From the IMG/VR virus record IMGVR_UViG_3300037461_001076, positions 1-27,083 of that record: a stretch of DNA of 27,083 nucleotides. One strand, 5' to 3'. Origin of the DNA: a virus. Its lineage: Duplodnaviria; Caudoviricetes. Of this stretch, positions 8,657-17,078 are shown piece by piece. Position numbers and translations under genes: made by a program. The notes under the pieces were generated by a model. It did not search any database. It was not told where the DNA came from and was given only the letters and a program-made list of their open reading frames with translations. Each line of letters starts with the position of its first letter. Position 1 is the stretch's first letter.

Positions 8657-9277
8657 ATGCCCAAGGGTGGCTACTACATCGAGGCCGACACCCGAGCCTT
8701 CGTCGACGAGCTCAAGCGGACGGAGCACGGCATCCGCGACCTCAAGGCCGCCTACCGTGAGATGGCGACCTGGATCGAGCGCGACGTGCGCAAGCACGTC
8801 CCCGTCTACGGTGGCCAGCACTCGAAGGCGAAGGCGGGCTCGAAGAGCCACGACGGAAGCGGCCACCCGGCGCCGGGCAACCTGTTGCGCACCTTGAGGA
8901 GCGGGGCGACCCAGACCGGGCCCTACGTGCGCGTCGGCGGCCCCGACGCTCCGTATGCGCAGCTGCAGGAGTTCGGCGGCACGAGCTTCTGGCACCGCGG
9001 CCGCGAGGCGAAGTTCCAGGGCTACAAGGCCGGCGCCCGGGCGCGCGGCTTCTTCACCACCTCCTACCGCGGCAACATCTCCAAGCACACCATCTACCGC
9101 AAGCCGCGGAGCCGCTACGGCTACTTCATCTGGAACGCGGGCTACCACCTGCGCGACAAGCTCGGGCGCTGGTTCTACGAGGCCATCCGCGACGTCGCGG
9201 CCAAGAACTCGATCCCCGTCGAGGTGCCCGCGAACCCGTCGCTCGACATCCGACCGCAAGCGAGGAACGCCGCATGA
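8657..9277 (+). CDS. HK97 gp10-like neck/virion morphogenesis protein
   Basis: Basic protein with VPV..GNLLRTL..VRVGG..PYAQLQEFGG. Confidence 0.65.
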   Translation: MPKGGYYIEADTRAFVDELKRTEHGIRDLKAAYREMATWIERDVRKHVPVYGGQHSKAKAGSKSHDGSGHPAPGNLLRTLRSGATQTGPYVRVGGPDAPYAQLQEFGGTSFWHRGREAKFQGYKAGARARGFFTTSYRGNISKHTIYRKPRSRYGYFIWNAGYHLRDKLGRWFYEAIRDVAAKNSIPVEVPANPSLDIRPQARNAA

Positions 9278-9774
9278 GCGAAGAGCACGTCATCATCTGC
9301 GACCTCGAGGTCGACGGCTGGACGGTCGCCGAGGCCGACGCCTACCGCAAGGCGGTCGGGGTCAACGCCGAGTACGCCTGGGGCATCGTGCAGCGCGCCG
9401 TCAAGGAGTCGCTCGTCGAGGCCCGCGAGCTCTACGGCGAGGCGGTCGACGAGCCGGGCTGGCAGCCGCCCGCCGACTGGGCGCCGCTCGCCATGCTCAA
9501 CCTCGACCCGCTCTACCTCGCCGGCTTCGCCTTCGTCGCCGCGCGCCGCGAGGAGCCGGGACTCGCCTTCGAGACGCTCGCCGGCCAGCTCCGCCTCGGC
9601 GAGCTCGTGTCGAGCTTCTACGGGCAGCTCACGGCGCTGGCCGAGGAGCGCCCCCCTTTAGCGGCACAGAACAGGGAGCAGCGGCGAGCGGCGGCCAAGA
9701 GTGGCCCGCGAAAGACAGCCGCTACGCCCTCTGCCGCTTCTACGGCTGGAGCAAAGCGGAGGTCGACGCCTTGA
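9274..9774 (+). CDS. Tail assembly chaperone (gpG-like)
   Basis: Lies between the tail tube and tape measure genes and contains a slippery heptamer. Confidence 0.8.
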   Translation: MSEEHVIICDLEVDGWTVAEADAYRKAVGVNAEYAWGIVQRAVKESLVEARELYGEAVDEPGWQPPADWAPLAMLNLDPLYLAGFAFVAARREEPGLAFETLAGQLRLGELVSSFYGQLTALAEERPPLAAQNREQRRAAAKSGPRKTAATPSAASTAGAKRRSTP

Positions 9775-9863
9775 GGATCGCCGACTTCAACGACGCGCTC
9801 GACTACCGGAACCGGACCTTGAAGGCCGAGGCCGAGCAGCTGCAGGGGGTGCTCGGTGGCTGA
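9654..9863 (+). CDS. -1 frameshift extension of the tail assembly chaperone (gpGT-like, ~196 aa in total)
   Basis: C CCT TTA at 9654-9660 is in the correct register. The -1 frame reads ..ALCRFYGWSKAEVDALRIADFNDAL.. and ends overlapping the tape measure start. Confidence 0.85.
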   Translation, partial: PFSGTEQGAAASGGQEWPAKDSRYALCRFYGWSKAEVDALRIADFNDALDYRNRTLKAEAEQLQGVLGG

Positions 9864-11436
9864 CGCCGCGAGGATCACCGTGCAGTTCTTCGGCCGCGAC
9901 CGCACGCTGGGCAAGAGCTTCCGCGACCAGATGAAGGCGGCCGACACGTTCGGCAAGAAGGTCGAGCTCATCGGTACGCGCATGAGCAGCATGGGCCGCG
10001 GCCTGACGATGGGCGTGACCCTGCCGATCGTCGCCGGCCTCGGCCTCGCCACCAAGGCGGCGATGGACGACGAGCGCTCGCAGCGCGTCCTCGCCCAGCA
10101 GATCCGCAACACGGTCGACGCCACCGACGCGGAGATCGCCAAGGTCGAGGAGTTCATCAACACCCAGGCCCGCGCCACCGGGGTCGCCGACGACGAGCTC
10201 CGCCCCGCCTTCGCCAAGCTGGTCACAGCGACCGGCGACGTCACCAAGGCGCAGGAGCTCATGGCGATCGCGCAGGACACGGCGGCCGGCACGGGGCGCG
10301 GCCTCGACTCCGTCATCACGGCGATGATGAAGGGCACGCAGGGCTCGGTCGACCTCTTCGCCCGCATGGGCGTCGCCACCAAGGACGCCGAGGGCAACAC
10401 GCTCTCCTTCGACGAGGTGCTGGCCGGGCTCAAGGGCAAGTTCGACGGCCTCGCCGAGACCTCGGCCGACCCCTACGCGAAGCTCAGTGTCGCCTTCGGC
10501 GAGCTCGCCGAGTCGGTCGGCGTGATGCTCGTGCCCATGCTGGAGGGCCTGACCTCGAAGCTCACCGGGCTCGCGGAGTGGCTCGAGAACCTCTCGCCGC
10601 TGCAGCGCAAGCTCGCCGTCGGCTTCGCCATCGCCGCCGCCGCGGCCGGCCCCCTGCTCTGGGCGCTCGGCACCACGCTGCAGGTCATCGCCGCGCTCTC
10701 CAAGGCGCACATCCTGCTGCGCGCCAAGACCATCGCCACCGTCGTCGCGACCAAGGTGGCCGCCGCCGCACAGTGGCTCTGGAACGCGGCCATGAGCGCC
10801 AACCCGATCGGCCTCGTGATCGCCGCCATCGTCGCCCTCATCGCCATCTTCGTCGTGCTCTACAAGAAGAACGAGACCTTCCGCAAGGTCGTCGACAAAG
10901 TCTGGGGCGCGTTCAAGGACGCGGTCGGGGCCATCGTCGGCGCCGTGAAGAAGGTCATCGGCAAGCTCGGCGACCTCTGGGGCTGGGTGAAGGACCACAA
11001 GCAGTACTTCGTGACCGCCTTCAACGTGATGTTCGCGCCGATCAAGCTCGCCATCGAGACTGTGAAGACGCTCATCGGCTGGCTGCAATCGGCATGGGAG
11101 TGGATCAAGAAGCTCGACGGCGGCGGGGCCTCGACGGCGGGCGGCGGCGGCACGCAGAAGGGCGGGCACAAGGTACACCCGCAGACCGGCGGCACCTTCA
11201 CCGGCCCCAAGACCGGCTACCCCGCCGTCCTGCACGGCGACGAGACGGTCGTCGCCCACGACTCCCCCGTGCAGGGCCTCACCGACCTCGCGAAGCTCGG
11301 CTTCCTCGGCGGCTCCCAGCCCATCGTCAACGTCTACGTGACCCTCGACTCGGAGCCCATCGCGGCCCAGATCGAGGTCCGTGAGGAGCGCCGTCTGCGC
11401 GTCGCCTCGCGCACGCTCGGGATGGCGCTGTCATGA
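9856..11436 (+). CDS. Tape measure protein (526 aa)
   Basis: GRGLTMGVTLPI, DDELRPAF, AAAQWLWNAAMSANPIGLVIAAIVAL..LYKKNETFR, periodic W/F, and position. Confidence 0.93.
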   Translation: MADAARITVQFFGRDRTLGKSFRDQMKAADTFGKKVELIGTRMSSMGRGLTMGVTLPIVAGLGLATKAAMDDERSQRVLAQQIRNTVDATDAEIAKVEEFINTQARATGVADDELRPAFAKLVTATGDVTKAQELMAIAQDTAAGTGRGLDSVITAMMKGTQGSVDLFARMGVATKDAEGNTLSFDEVLAGLKGKFDGLAETSADPYAKLSVAFGELAESVGVMLVPMLEGLTSKLTGLAEWLENLSPLQRKLAVGFAIAAAAAGPLLWALGTTLQVIAALSKAHILLRAKTIATVVATKVAAAAQWLWNAAMSANPIGLVIAAIVALIAIFVVLYKKNETFRKVVDKVWGAFKDAVGAIVGAVKKVIGKLGDLWGWVKDHKQYFVTAFNVMFAPIKLAIETVKTLIGWLQSAWEWIKKLDGGGASTAGGGGTQKGGHKVHPQTGGTFTGPKTGYPAVLHGDETVVAHDSPVQGLTDLAKLGFLGGSQPIVNVYVTLDSEPIAAQIEVREERRLRVASRTLGMALS

Positions 11437-14384
11437 GCGCCGTCTGGACGATCACCAAGGGCTCGACGGCTCTCAGCCTGCTGGCCGACCCCTACTACCT
11501 CGCCGACGAGCTCCCGCTCGGCACCGTGCCGCGCGCCTTCGACATCCTCACCGGCCCCACGGTCGACCTCCCGCAGATCGCCAACTACCGCACCTCCGAC
11601 GTGCGCGTGCTGCCCTGGAGGTGCGAGGTCTACGGCGACGACGGCCAAGACCTCGAGGACAACCTCAACGCCCTCTTCGACGTGCTGCCCCGCGCGGGCG
11701 AGACGGCGACCATCACCATCGGGCGCACCGACGGCACCGCGACCGCCGAGCTGGAGCTGCTCGCCGTCTCCGACCTCGACGCGCCCTACACCTACCGGCG
11801 CGACATGGGCCGGGCGGCCATCGTCTCCTGCCGGCTCGTCTGCGCACCGTACGCGACGAGCGCCACCGACACCCTCTACTCCGCCGAGGCCGTCTCCCTC
11901 CCCTGCGTCCTCGACCTCTCCGCCATGACCGGCCAGCACGAGGCCCCGCTGGAGTTCGCCGCCGCCGGTCATCTGCACCAAGCCGTCGCCGGCGTCTACC
12001 CGGACGGCGCCGCGACCATCGCCGACTTCATCCACAAGGCCGTCGACCTCTCGTGGTCTGCGGGCGTGGCCGACATCGACGCCAACGGCTACACGACCGA
12101 CGTCGGCTACACGCACAAGGTCGCGGACGCCACCACCATCGCGGCCCCCGACGGATCCGACGATGCGACCGACCGCGCCTTGGCGAACGAGCTGAAGTCT
12201 GACCTCAACACCCACATGGCCTCGACGACCTACCACCTCGCCGCCGACACCGCTATCTCGACGGCGGACGCCACCGACGACGCGACCTTCATCGCCCTGA
12301 CGCAGGCGCTTGACGTGAAGTGGAAGGCGCACGCCGCGTCGACGACCGTGCATGGCGGGATCGCCGACGACGTCGCGCTCGCTGCCGTGACCGCACTCGC
12401 GCTCGCGGCCTCCCCGGACAAGGCCGCCTGTCGCACCTACTGCAACGCCCTCAAGCCCATCCACGCCGCGCACCTGTTGGCGACGACGGACGTCGGCCAC
12501 GCGGTCTGGAAGACGAACTCGGCGAGCGCCGTCTACGCCGACATCGACGTGACGAGCTACGAGCCCGGCACCTACGCGGTCTACGCGAACGCGCGCCGCG
12601 ACACGGCCGCCAGCCCGGCGCAGGTCTACACCGCCTACACGGACGAGGTCGACATCGAGGGCACCGACCTGCGGCGCCACCTCCTGGGCTACGTCTCGCT
12701 GCCCTGCGAGACGGTGCGCGGCTCGGCGACCTCCAGCCTCCGCGTCTACCTCATCTCCGACGGCACCGACTACGTCTACCTCAACACCATCGAGCTGATC
12801 CCCGCCTCGTGGGGCATCGCCGGCTGGCATCACGGAACGACCACCGAGACGGTCGCCGAGCTGCGCTGGGACGACGGAATCGTCTATGCCGACGATGCGG
12901 CATCGCTCGCCTACGCAATCGGAGACCGCGAACTCTCAGTGCTTGACGGCGCGCTCGTCGTCACGGGCGAAAGCGACGCCGAGGCGGCGACCATCGCGAC
13001 CGCCCTGTCGGTGAGCTATGACCCACGCTGGGAGCAACTACCCGCGACCGACCCGAACACACCGAATGTCGATGCTCTGTCGCTGCCCACCATCGCCGCG
13101 CACCGCGGTGGGGCCGCCATCCACCCGGAGAACACACTGGAAGGGTTCACCCTCGCCCTCGCCGGGCACGTCCCCGTGCTCGAGCTCGACGTCTACAAGT
13201 TGACCGACGGCTCCCTCGGGGTCATGCACGACTCGACGGTCGATCGCACGACGAGCGGCACCGGCAACGTGGCCGACCTCGATGAGGCCGGGTTCACCGC
13301 CCTCACCGTCGACTGCTCGTCCTGGTTCCTCGCCTCGTGGGCGGACACGCACCCGCCCATGCTGGAGGACGTCTTCACAGCCTACGGCAAGAGCGTCGTC
13401 TATCTCGTCGAGGGCAAGAACAGCACGTCCCCTGGTGCTATCGCCGCGCTCGCCGTCGCCCACGGCCTGCGGGACTACGTCGTCGTCCAGGCGTTCAACT
13501 CGGGGTCGTGCGCCGAGGCCCACCCCTACGGCGTCCAGTCGATGTTCCTCACTGACGTGGACAACGCCGCCGTCAACGCCGCCGCCGGTCACTCGTGGGT
13601 GGGCGGCTCGACCTCTGTGACCGACGCCTACATCACGAACGCGAAGGCCGCCGGACTCAAGGTCGCCATCTACGGCGTCACCCGCCACGACAACCGCGAC
13701 ACGTGGTACGCCAAGGGCGTCGACATGGTGATGTCCGACGACCCCTGCTACCTGACTGAAGAGCACATCGACCTGCGAGCCGACGGCACCGGCCTGTACA
13801 TCGCCGACCCCTACGCGGAGAAGACCTACTGGCACGGGCAGCTTGCGGACAACAGCGACCGGGGGCAGTGGAGCGGCGACGACTACTGGGGGATGCCGGC
13901 CAAAGTCGCGACCAGTTACGACGGCTGCCTCCAGGGCTGGGGGAGCCCGGTGCCGTGGGCTGTCGGGTCGTACTCCATCACATTCACCATCAAGTTCACC
14001 ACGTCCCCCAGCTCGAGCTGGTGGGCCTCGTGCTTCTGCTGCTCTCCCAACGACAAGAGCTTCACCGATTCGGCAAAGGCCGGGAGCAACGGCTATCACA
14101 TCCTGATCAGCGCGGGCGGACGTCTGCGCGTCTTCCGCGTCGACAACGGGGCCGCCACGCAGCTTGGGAGCAACGTCGACACGGGGATAATCGCCGAGGG
14201 CGGGACGGCGACCATGCGTATCGATGTCACCCCGACGAGCATCACCGCCACGCGCACTGACGTCGGATCACCGAACACGCTCACAGTAGCAGACGCCAAC
14301 TATCGCGGCGGCTACTTCCACTTCGGCAAGAACGGCGACGCATCGGTGTTTGACTTCAAAGACGTCGTCGTGAGGCCGGCGTGA
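11433..14384 (+). CDS. Distal-tail-like protein fused to a glycerophosphodiester phosphodiesterase (GDPD) and a C-terminal beta-sandwich domain
   Basis: First gene after the tape measure (ATGA overlap). The Dit-like part ends near SVSYDPRW (~13011-13031). GDPD motifs AHRG, PENT, ELDV, MHD, DRTT, MSDDP at ~13092-13745. Aromatic beta-rich C-terminus. Confidence 0.85.
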   Translation: MSAVWTITKGSTALSLLADPYYLADELPLGTVPRAFDILTGPTVDLPQIANYRTSDVRVLPWRCEVYGDDGQDLEDNLNALFDVLPRAGETATITIGRTDGTATAELELLAVSDLDAPYTYRRDMGRAAIVSCRLVCAPYATSATDTLYSAEAVSLPCVLDLSAMTGQHEAPLEFAAAGHLHQAVAGVYPDGAATIADFIHKAVDLSWSAGVADIDANGYTTDVGYTHKVADATTIAAPDGSDDATDRALANELKSDLNTHMASTTYHLAADTAISTADATDDATFIALTQALDVKWKAHAASTTVHGGIADDVALAAVTALALAASPDKAACRTYCNALKPIHAAHLLATTDVGHAVWKTNSASAVYADIDVTSYEPGTYAVYANARRDTAASPAQVYTAYTDEVDIEGTDLRRHLLGYVSLPCETVRGSATSSLRVYLISDGTDYVYLNTIELIPASWGIAGWHHGTTTETVAELRWDDGIVYADDAASLAYAIGDRELSVLDGALVVTGESDAEAATIATALSVSYDPRWEQLPATDPNTPNVDALSLPTIAAHRGGAAIHPENTLEGFTLALAGHVPVLELDVYKLTDGSLGVMHDSTVDRTTSGTGNVADLDEAGFTALTVDCSSWFLASWADTHPPMLEDVFTAYGKSVVYLVEGKNSTSPGAIAALAVAHGLRDYVVVQAFNSGSCAEAHPYGVQSMFLTDVDNAAVNAAAGHSWVGGSTSVTDAYITNAKAAGLKVAIYGVTRHDNRDTWYAKGVDMVMSDDPCYLTEEHIDLRADGTGLYIADPYAEKTYWHGQLADNSDRGQWSGDDYWGMPAKVATSYDGCLQGWGSPVPWAVGSYSITFTIKFTTSPSSSWWASCFCCSPNDKSFTDSAKAGSNGYHILISAGGRLRVFRVDNGAATQLGSNVDTGIIAEGGTATMRIDVTPTSITATRTDVGSPNTLTVADANYRGGYFHFGKNGDASVFDFKDVVVRPA

Positions 14385-14389
14385 GGACG

Positions 14390-15100
14390 CTACGGATGAG
14401 CGACGACGCAGCAGTCCGACAGCAGTGTCGGCAGCCGCTCGGCGAGACGGCAGTAGAGCGCGTAGCGTGCTGGACGCCCGTGCCCGTAGGGATGCCACTC
14501 CACGCTGGAGAAGCCGGCGCGCTCGGTGAGCACCCGCGTGAGGCTGCGCCAGGTGAAGTAGTGCAGGTGACCGTCATCGAGGGCCGTCGTCGGGCGACGA
14601 TGCCAGTCGAGCAACCCCTCGTCGTAGGTGCTGGTCGCCGGTGCCCTGCCCCAGAGCGCCTGAGCACGGAACTTCACGTAGGCGACGTTCGGGGTGTGCA
14701 GGATGAGGCGCCCTTCGGGCGCGAGCAGTTCGCGCAGGTAGCGCAGGACGTCGAAGGGCTCCAGCAAGTGCTCGACGACATCGTTGAGGATGATCGTGTC
14801 GAAGCTGCGGGGACCGTAGGGAAGGTCGCCCTCGATCGCTCCCTCGACTACCGTGAACCCGAGCTCTCGCAGACGCGCTGCGCGCGCAGGCGTGAACTCA
14901 GTCGCGACGACCTCGGTGTAGGTCTTCGCGACCGCGAGCAGCACATCACCCGATCCGGCGCCGACTTCCAGCAGGCGACCCGTCCCGCCAGCCGCCAACT
15001 TCGCGACCGCCTCCTTGCGGTCGCGCGGGTATTCCCGAATCCGCGCCGGCCGGCCCTCTTCAACCGCGTACTTCTGTGCGTAGTGCTCTTGCAGGCTCAT
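14390..15100 (-). CDS. Class I SAM-dependent methyltransferase (Methyltransf_11/23-like)
   Basis: LLEVGAGSG, FDTIILNDVVEHL, LAPEGRLILHTPN, HLHYFT. The only convincing minus-strand gene in the window. Confidence 0.92.
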   Translation of the reverse strand: MSLQEHYAQKYAVEEGRPARIREYPRDRKEAVAKLAAGGTGRLLEVGAGSGDVLLAVAKTYTEVVATEFTPARAARLRELGFTVVEGAIEGDLPYGPRSFDTIILNDVVEHLLEPFDVLRYLRELLAPEGRLILHTPNVAYVKFRAQALWGRAPATSTYDEGLLDWHRRPTTALDDGHLHYFTWRSLTRVLTERAGFSSVEWHPYGHGRPARYALYCRLAERLPTLLSDCCVVAHP

Positions 15101-15109
15101 CCCGCCGTG

Positions 15110-15118
15110 ACTCTACCA
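15110..15118 (-). promoter_or_regulatory. Putative extended -10 promoter for the methyltransferase (near-leaderless mRNA)
   Basis: The minus strand reads TG-G-TAGAGT, then 9 nt, then ATG, matching TGnTANNNT. Confidence 0.5.
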
Positions 15119-16749
15119 TGACCGCCCCCTCCCTCCTCATCGGCTCCGCCACCCTCGGCTGGCAGGAGTTCGGCGACGCCGCCGTCCTCGGCACCATGAC
15201 GCGCGCCATGCCGGGCGGCGACGGCTCGCTCGACGCCACGATCCCGGCCGCCATCGCCGAGAAGCGTCGCAACGTCCTGCAACCCGGCGCCGAGTGCGTC
15301 CTCACGCTGCCCGGCGACACCTGGGGCGGGCTCGTGGTCGGCGACCCGATGGCGGGCTTCGTCCGCACCCAGGCCAACGTCGGCCTCGCCGCCGCCGGCC
15401 TCTGGGCACACGCCGCCTACCGCCGCGACTTGGCCTGGGTCTGGGTCGACTCCGACCCCACGCAGTGGTTCCGCTTCCGCCAGCGCTACGCCAGCGGTGA
15501 GATGTACGACCTCGTCGACCAGGGCAAGTTCGCGATCGACACTGAGGGCCGCCTCTTCATCCGCGGCGACTCCGACCGCACCTTCACCGGCTACGCCCGC
15601 GCCGCTCTCGGCTACTGGCTCAACCAGGGCCTCGTCGACGCGGGCTGCCGCATCGTCGGCCTCGACATCGGCTACGACTCGAACTACCCGACCGACTGGC
15701 GCATGACGGTCAGGAGCATGGAGGGCACGCCCTGGGAGTGCGCCCAGGACGGCACCCTGGAGGAGTCCGACACCACGAGCCGCACGGCGCGCTCGCTCTC
15801 CATCGACCTGACGCAAGCCTCGACCGCGCTCTACATCGCGCTCAACTTCAACACCGCGACGGCAGGCAGCCCCGCCACCGACCCGTGGATCAAGATCCGG
15901 GGCGTCCTCGTCTACTGCCGCGGTTCGGTCGGCTCGGTCGACCGCGACGTGCGCATCGACGACGCCATGTGCGACCTCGCGCAGCTCTCCGGCCTCGCCA
16001 CCGTGACGCGCTCCGAGACCCTCGGGACGACGCCGCGTATCAGCCTCGCCATCCGCCCCGACTCCGAGCAGTCGGTCGCCGACTCCCTGCGCGAGATCGC
16101 CGCCATGCACGAGAACCCGCTGGAGTACTACTTCGACCGCGCCGCCGGGGCGTGGAGGTTCACCGTCAACGAGGTTCCCGACGCGGTGGACCCGACCCGC
16201 AACCGCCACTGGGTGCTCTCCGACCAGCGTGCCGGTGAGTCCTCGGCCGGCGTCATCCGCGACCACGAGGCGGCCCCCGAGTACGTGCGCGTCACCTACC
16301 GCGCCTCGGGCGTCACCACGATGCCGGACGGCTACCCGCGCTCCATCTGCTACCCCTCGGAGCCGACCTCGTTCACGAGTCACGTCCTCTTGGAGACGAG
16401 CCACGCCGAGGAGAAGCTCACCGACACGCAGGCATCGGCCATCGCCGAGCGCATCTACGAGCACCGCTCGGCCGCCGCCTTCGCCGGTCCCGCCGCCTTC
16501 GGCCCCACGGCGCTCACGGTCACGGGGCAGGAGCTGCCCTCCTACCTCATCCGGCCCGGCGACCGCGTGAACATCCCCGGCCGCACCGGCGCCAGCGACA
16601 TCTACGTCCGCGAGACCTCCTACGACTTTGGGAGCACGACCATGACGGCGCAGCTCGGCTGGCCGTTCGACACCCTGCCGACAGCACCGACACCGCGGGT
16701 CTACCGCCGGGTGAAAGGACGGACAACGAAATGGAACCTGAGGACGTGA
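15118..16749 (+). CDS. Minor tail/baseplate hub (Tal-like) protein
   Basis: ATG at 15118 preferred, since the 15076 start overlaps the methyltransferase. N-terminal MPGGDGSL..WGGLV and C-terminal IRPGDRVNI..YVRETSYD..TAQLG hub-like pattern. Confidence 0.7.
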   Translation: MTAPSLLIGSATLGWQEFGDAAVLGTMTRAMPGGDGSLDATIPAAIAEKRRNVLQPGAECVLTLPGDTWGGLVVGDPMAGFVRTQANVGLAAAGLWAHAAYRRDLAWVWVDSDPTQWFRFRQRYASGEMYDLVDQGKFAIDTEGRLFIRGDSDRTFTGYARAALGYWLNQGLVDAGCRIVGLDIGYDSNYPTDWRMTVRSMEGTPWECAQDGTLEESDTTSRTARSLSIDLTQASTALYIALNFNTATAGSPATDPWIKIRGVLVYCRGSVGSVDRDVRIDDAMCDLAQLSGLATVTRSETLGTTPRISLAIRPDSEQSVADSLREIAAMHENPLEYYFDRAAGAWRFTVNEVPDAVDPTRNRHWVLSDQRAGESSAGVIRDHEAAPEYVRVTYRASGVTTMPDGYPRSICYPSEPTSFTSHVLLETSHAEEKLTDTQASAIAERIYEHRSAAAFAGPAAFGPTALTVTGQELPSYLIRPGDRVNIPGRTGASDIYVRETSYDFGSTTMTAQLGWPFDTLPTAPTPRVYRRVKGRTTKWNLRT

Positions 16750-16753
16750 CGAC

Positions 16754-17068
16754 GTGGCGATGAGCGAACCGATCGACAACGGCCGCGCGACGATCCGAGA
16801 GGTCTACGCCCTGGTCGGCGAGTTGCGCGCCGACATCGCCACCGTGGACGCCAAGGTCGACAGCCTGCAGGCGAACGAGACCCGCCTCGCCATCCTCGAG
16901 CGCATGTGCGCCGACCGCCCGACGCTCTGCGCGCTCATGCGCGACGAAGTGGCCCGCAAGGCCATCGAGCAGAACAGCGAGCGCGGCTGGGCGCTCATAC
17001 AGCGCTACGGCTGGCTCATCGCCACCGCGATCGCCACGGCCAGCGCGGTCATCGGCTGGACTCACTGA
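16754..17068 (+). CDS. Coiled-coil protein with C-terminal transmembrane segment (lysis-associated?)
   Basis: Heptad-like region followed by WLIATAIATASAVIGW, immediately before the endolysin. The start may be ATG 16760. Confidence 0.6.
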   Translation: MAMSEPIDNGRATIREVYALVGELRADIATVDAKVDSLQANETRLAILERMCADRPTLCALMRDEVARKAIEQNSERGWALIQRYGWLIATAIATASAVIGWTH

Positions 17069-17078
17069 AGGGGGACGC

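Noticed and set aside
14390-15100. DNA methyltransferase / restriction-modification
   Set aside because: No DPPY/NPPY or PCQ catalytic motif. The motif set fits small-molecule or glycan methyltransferases.
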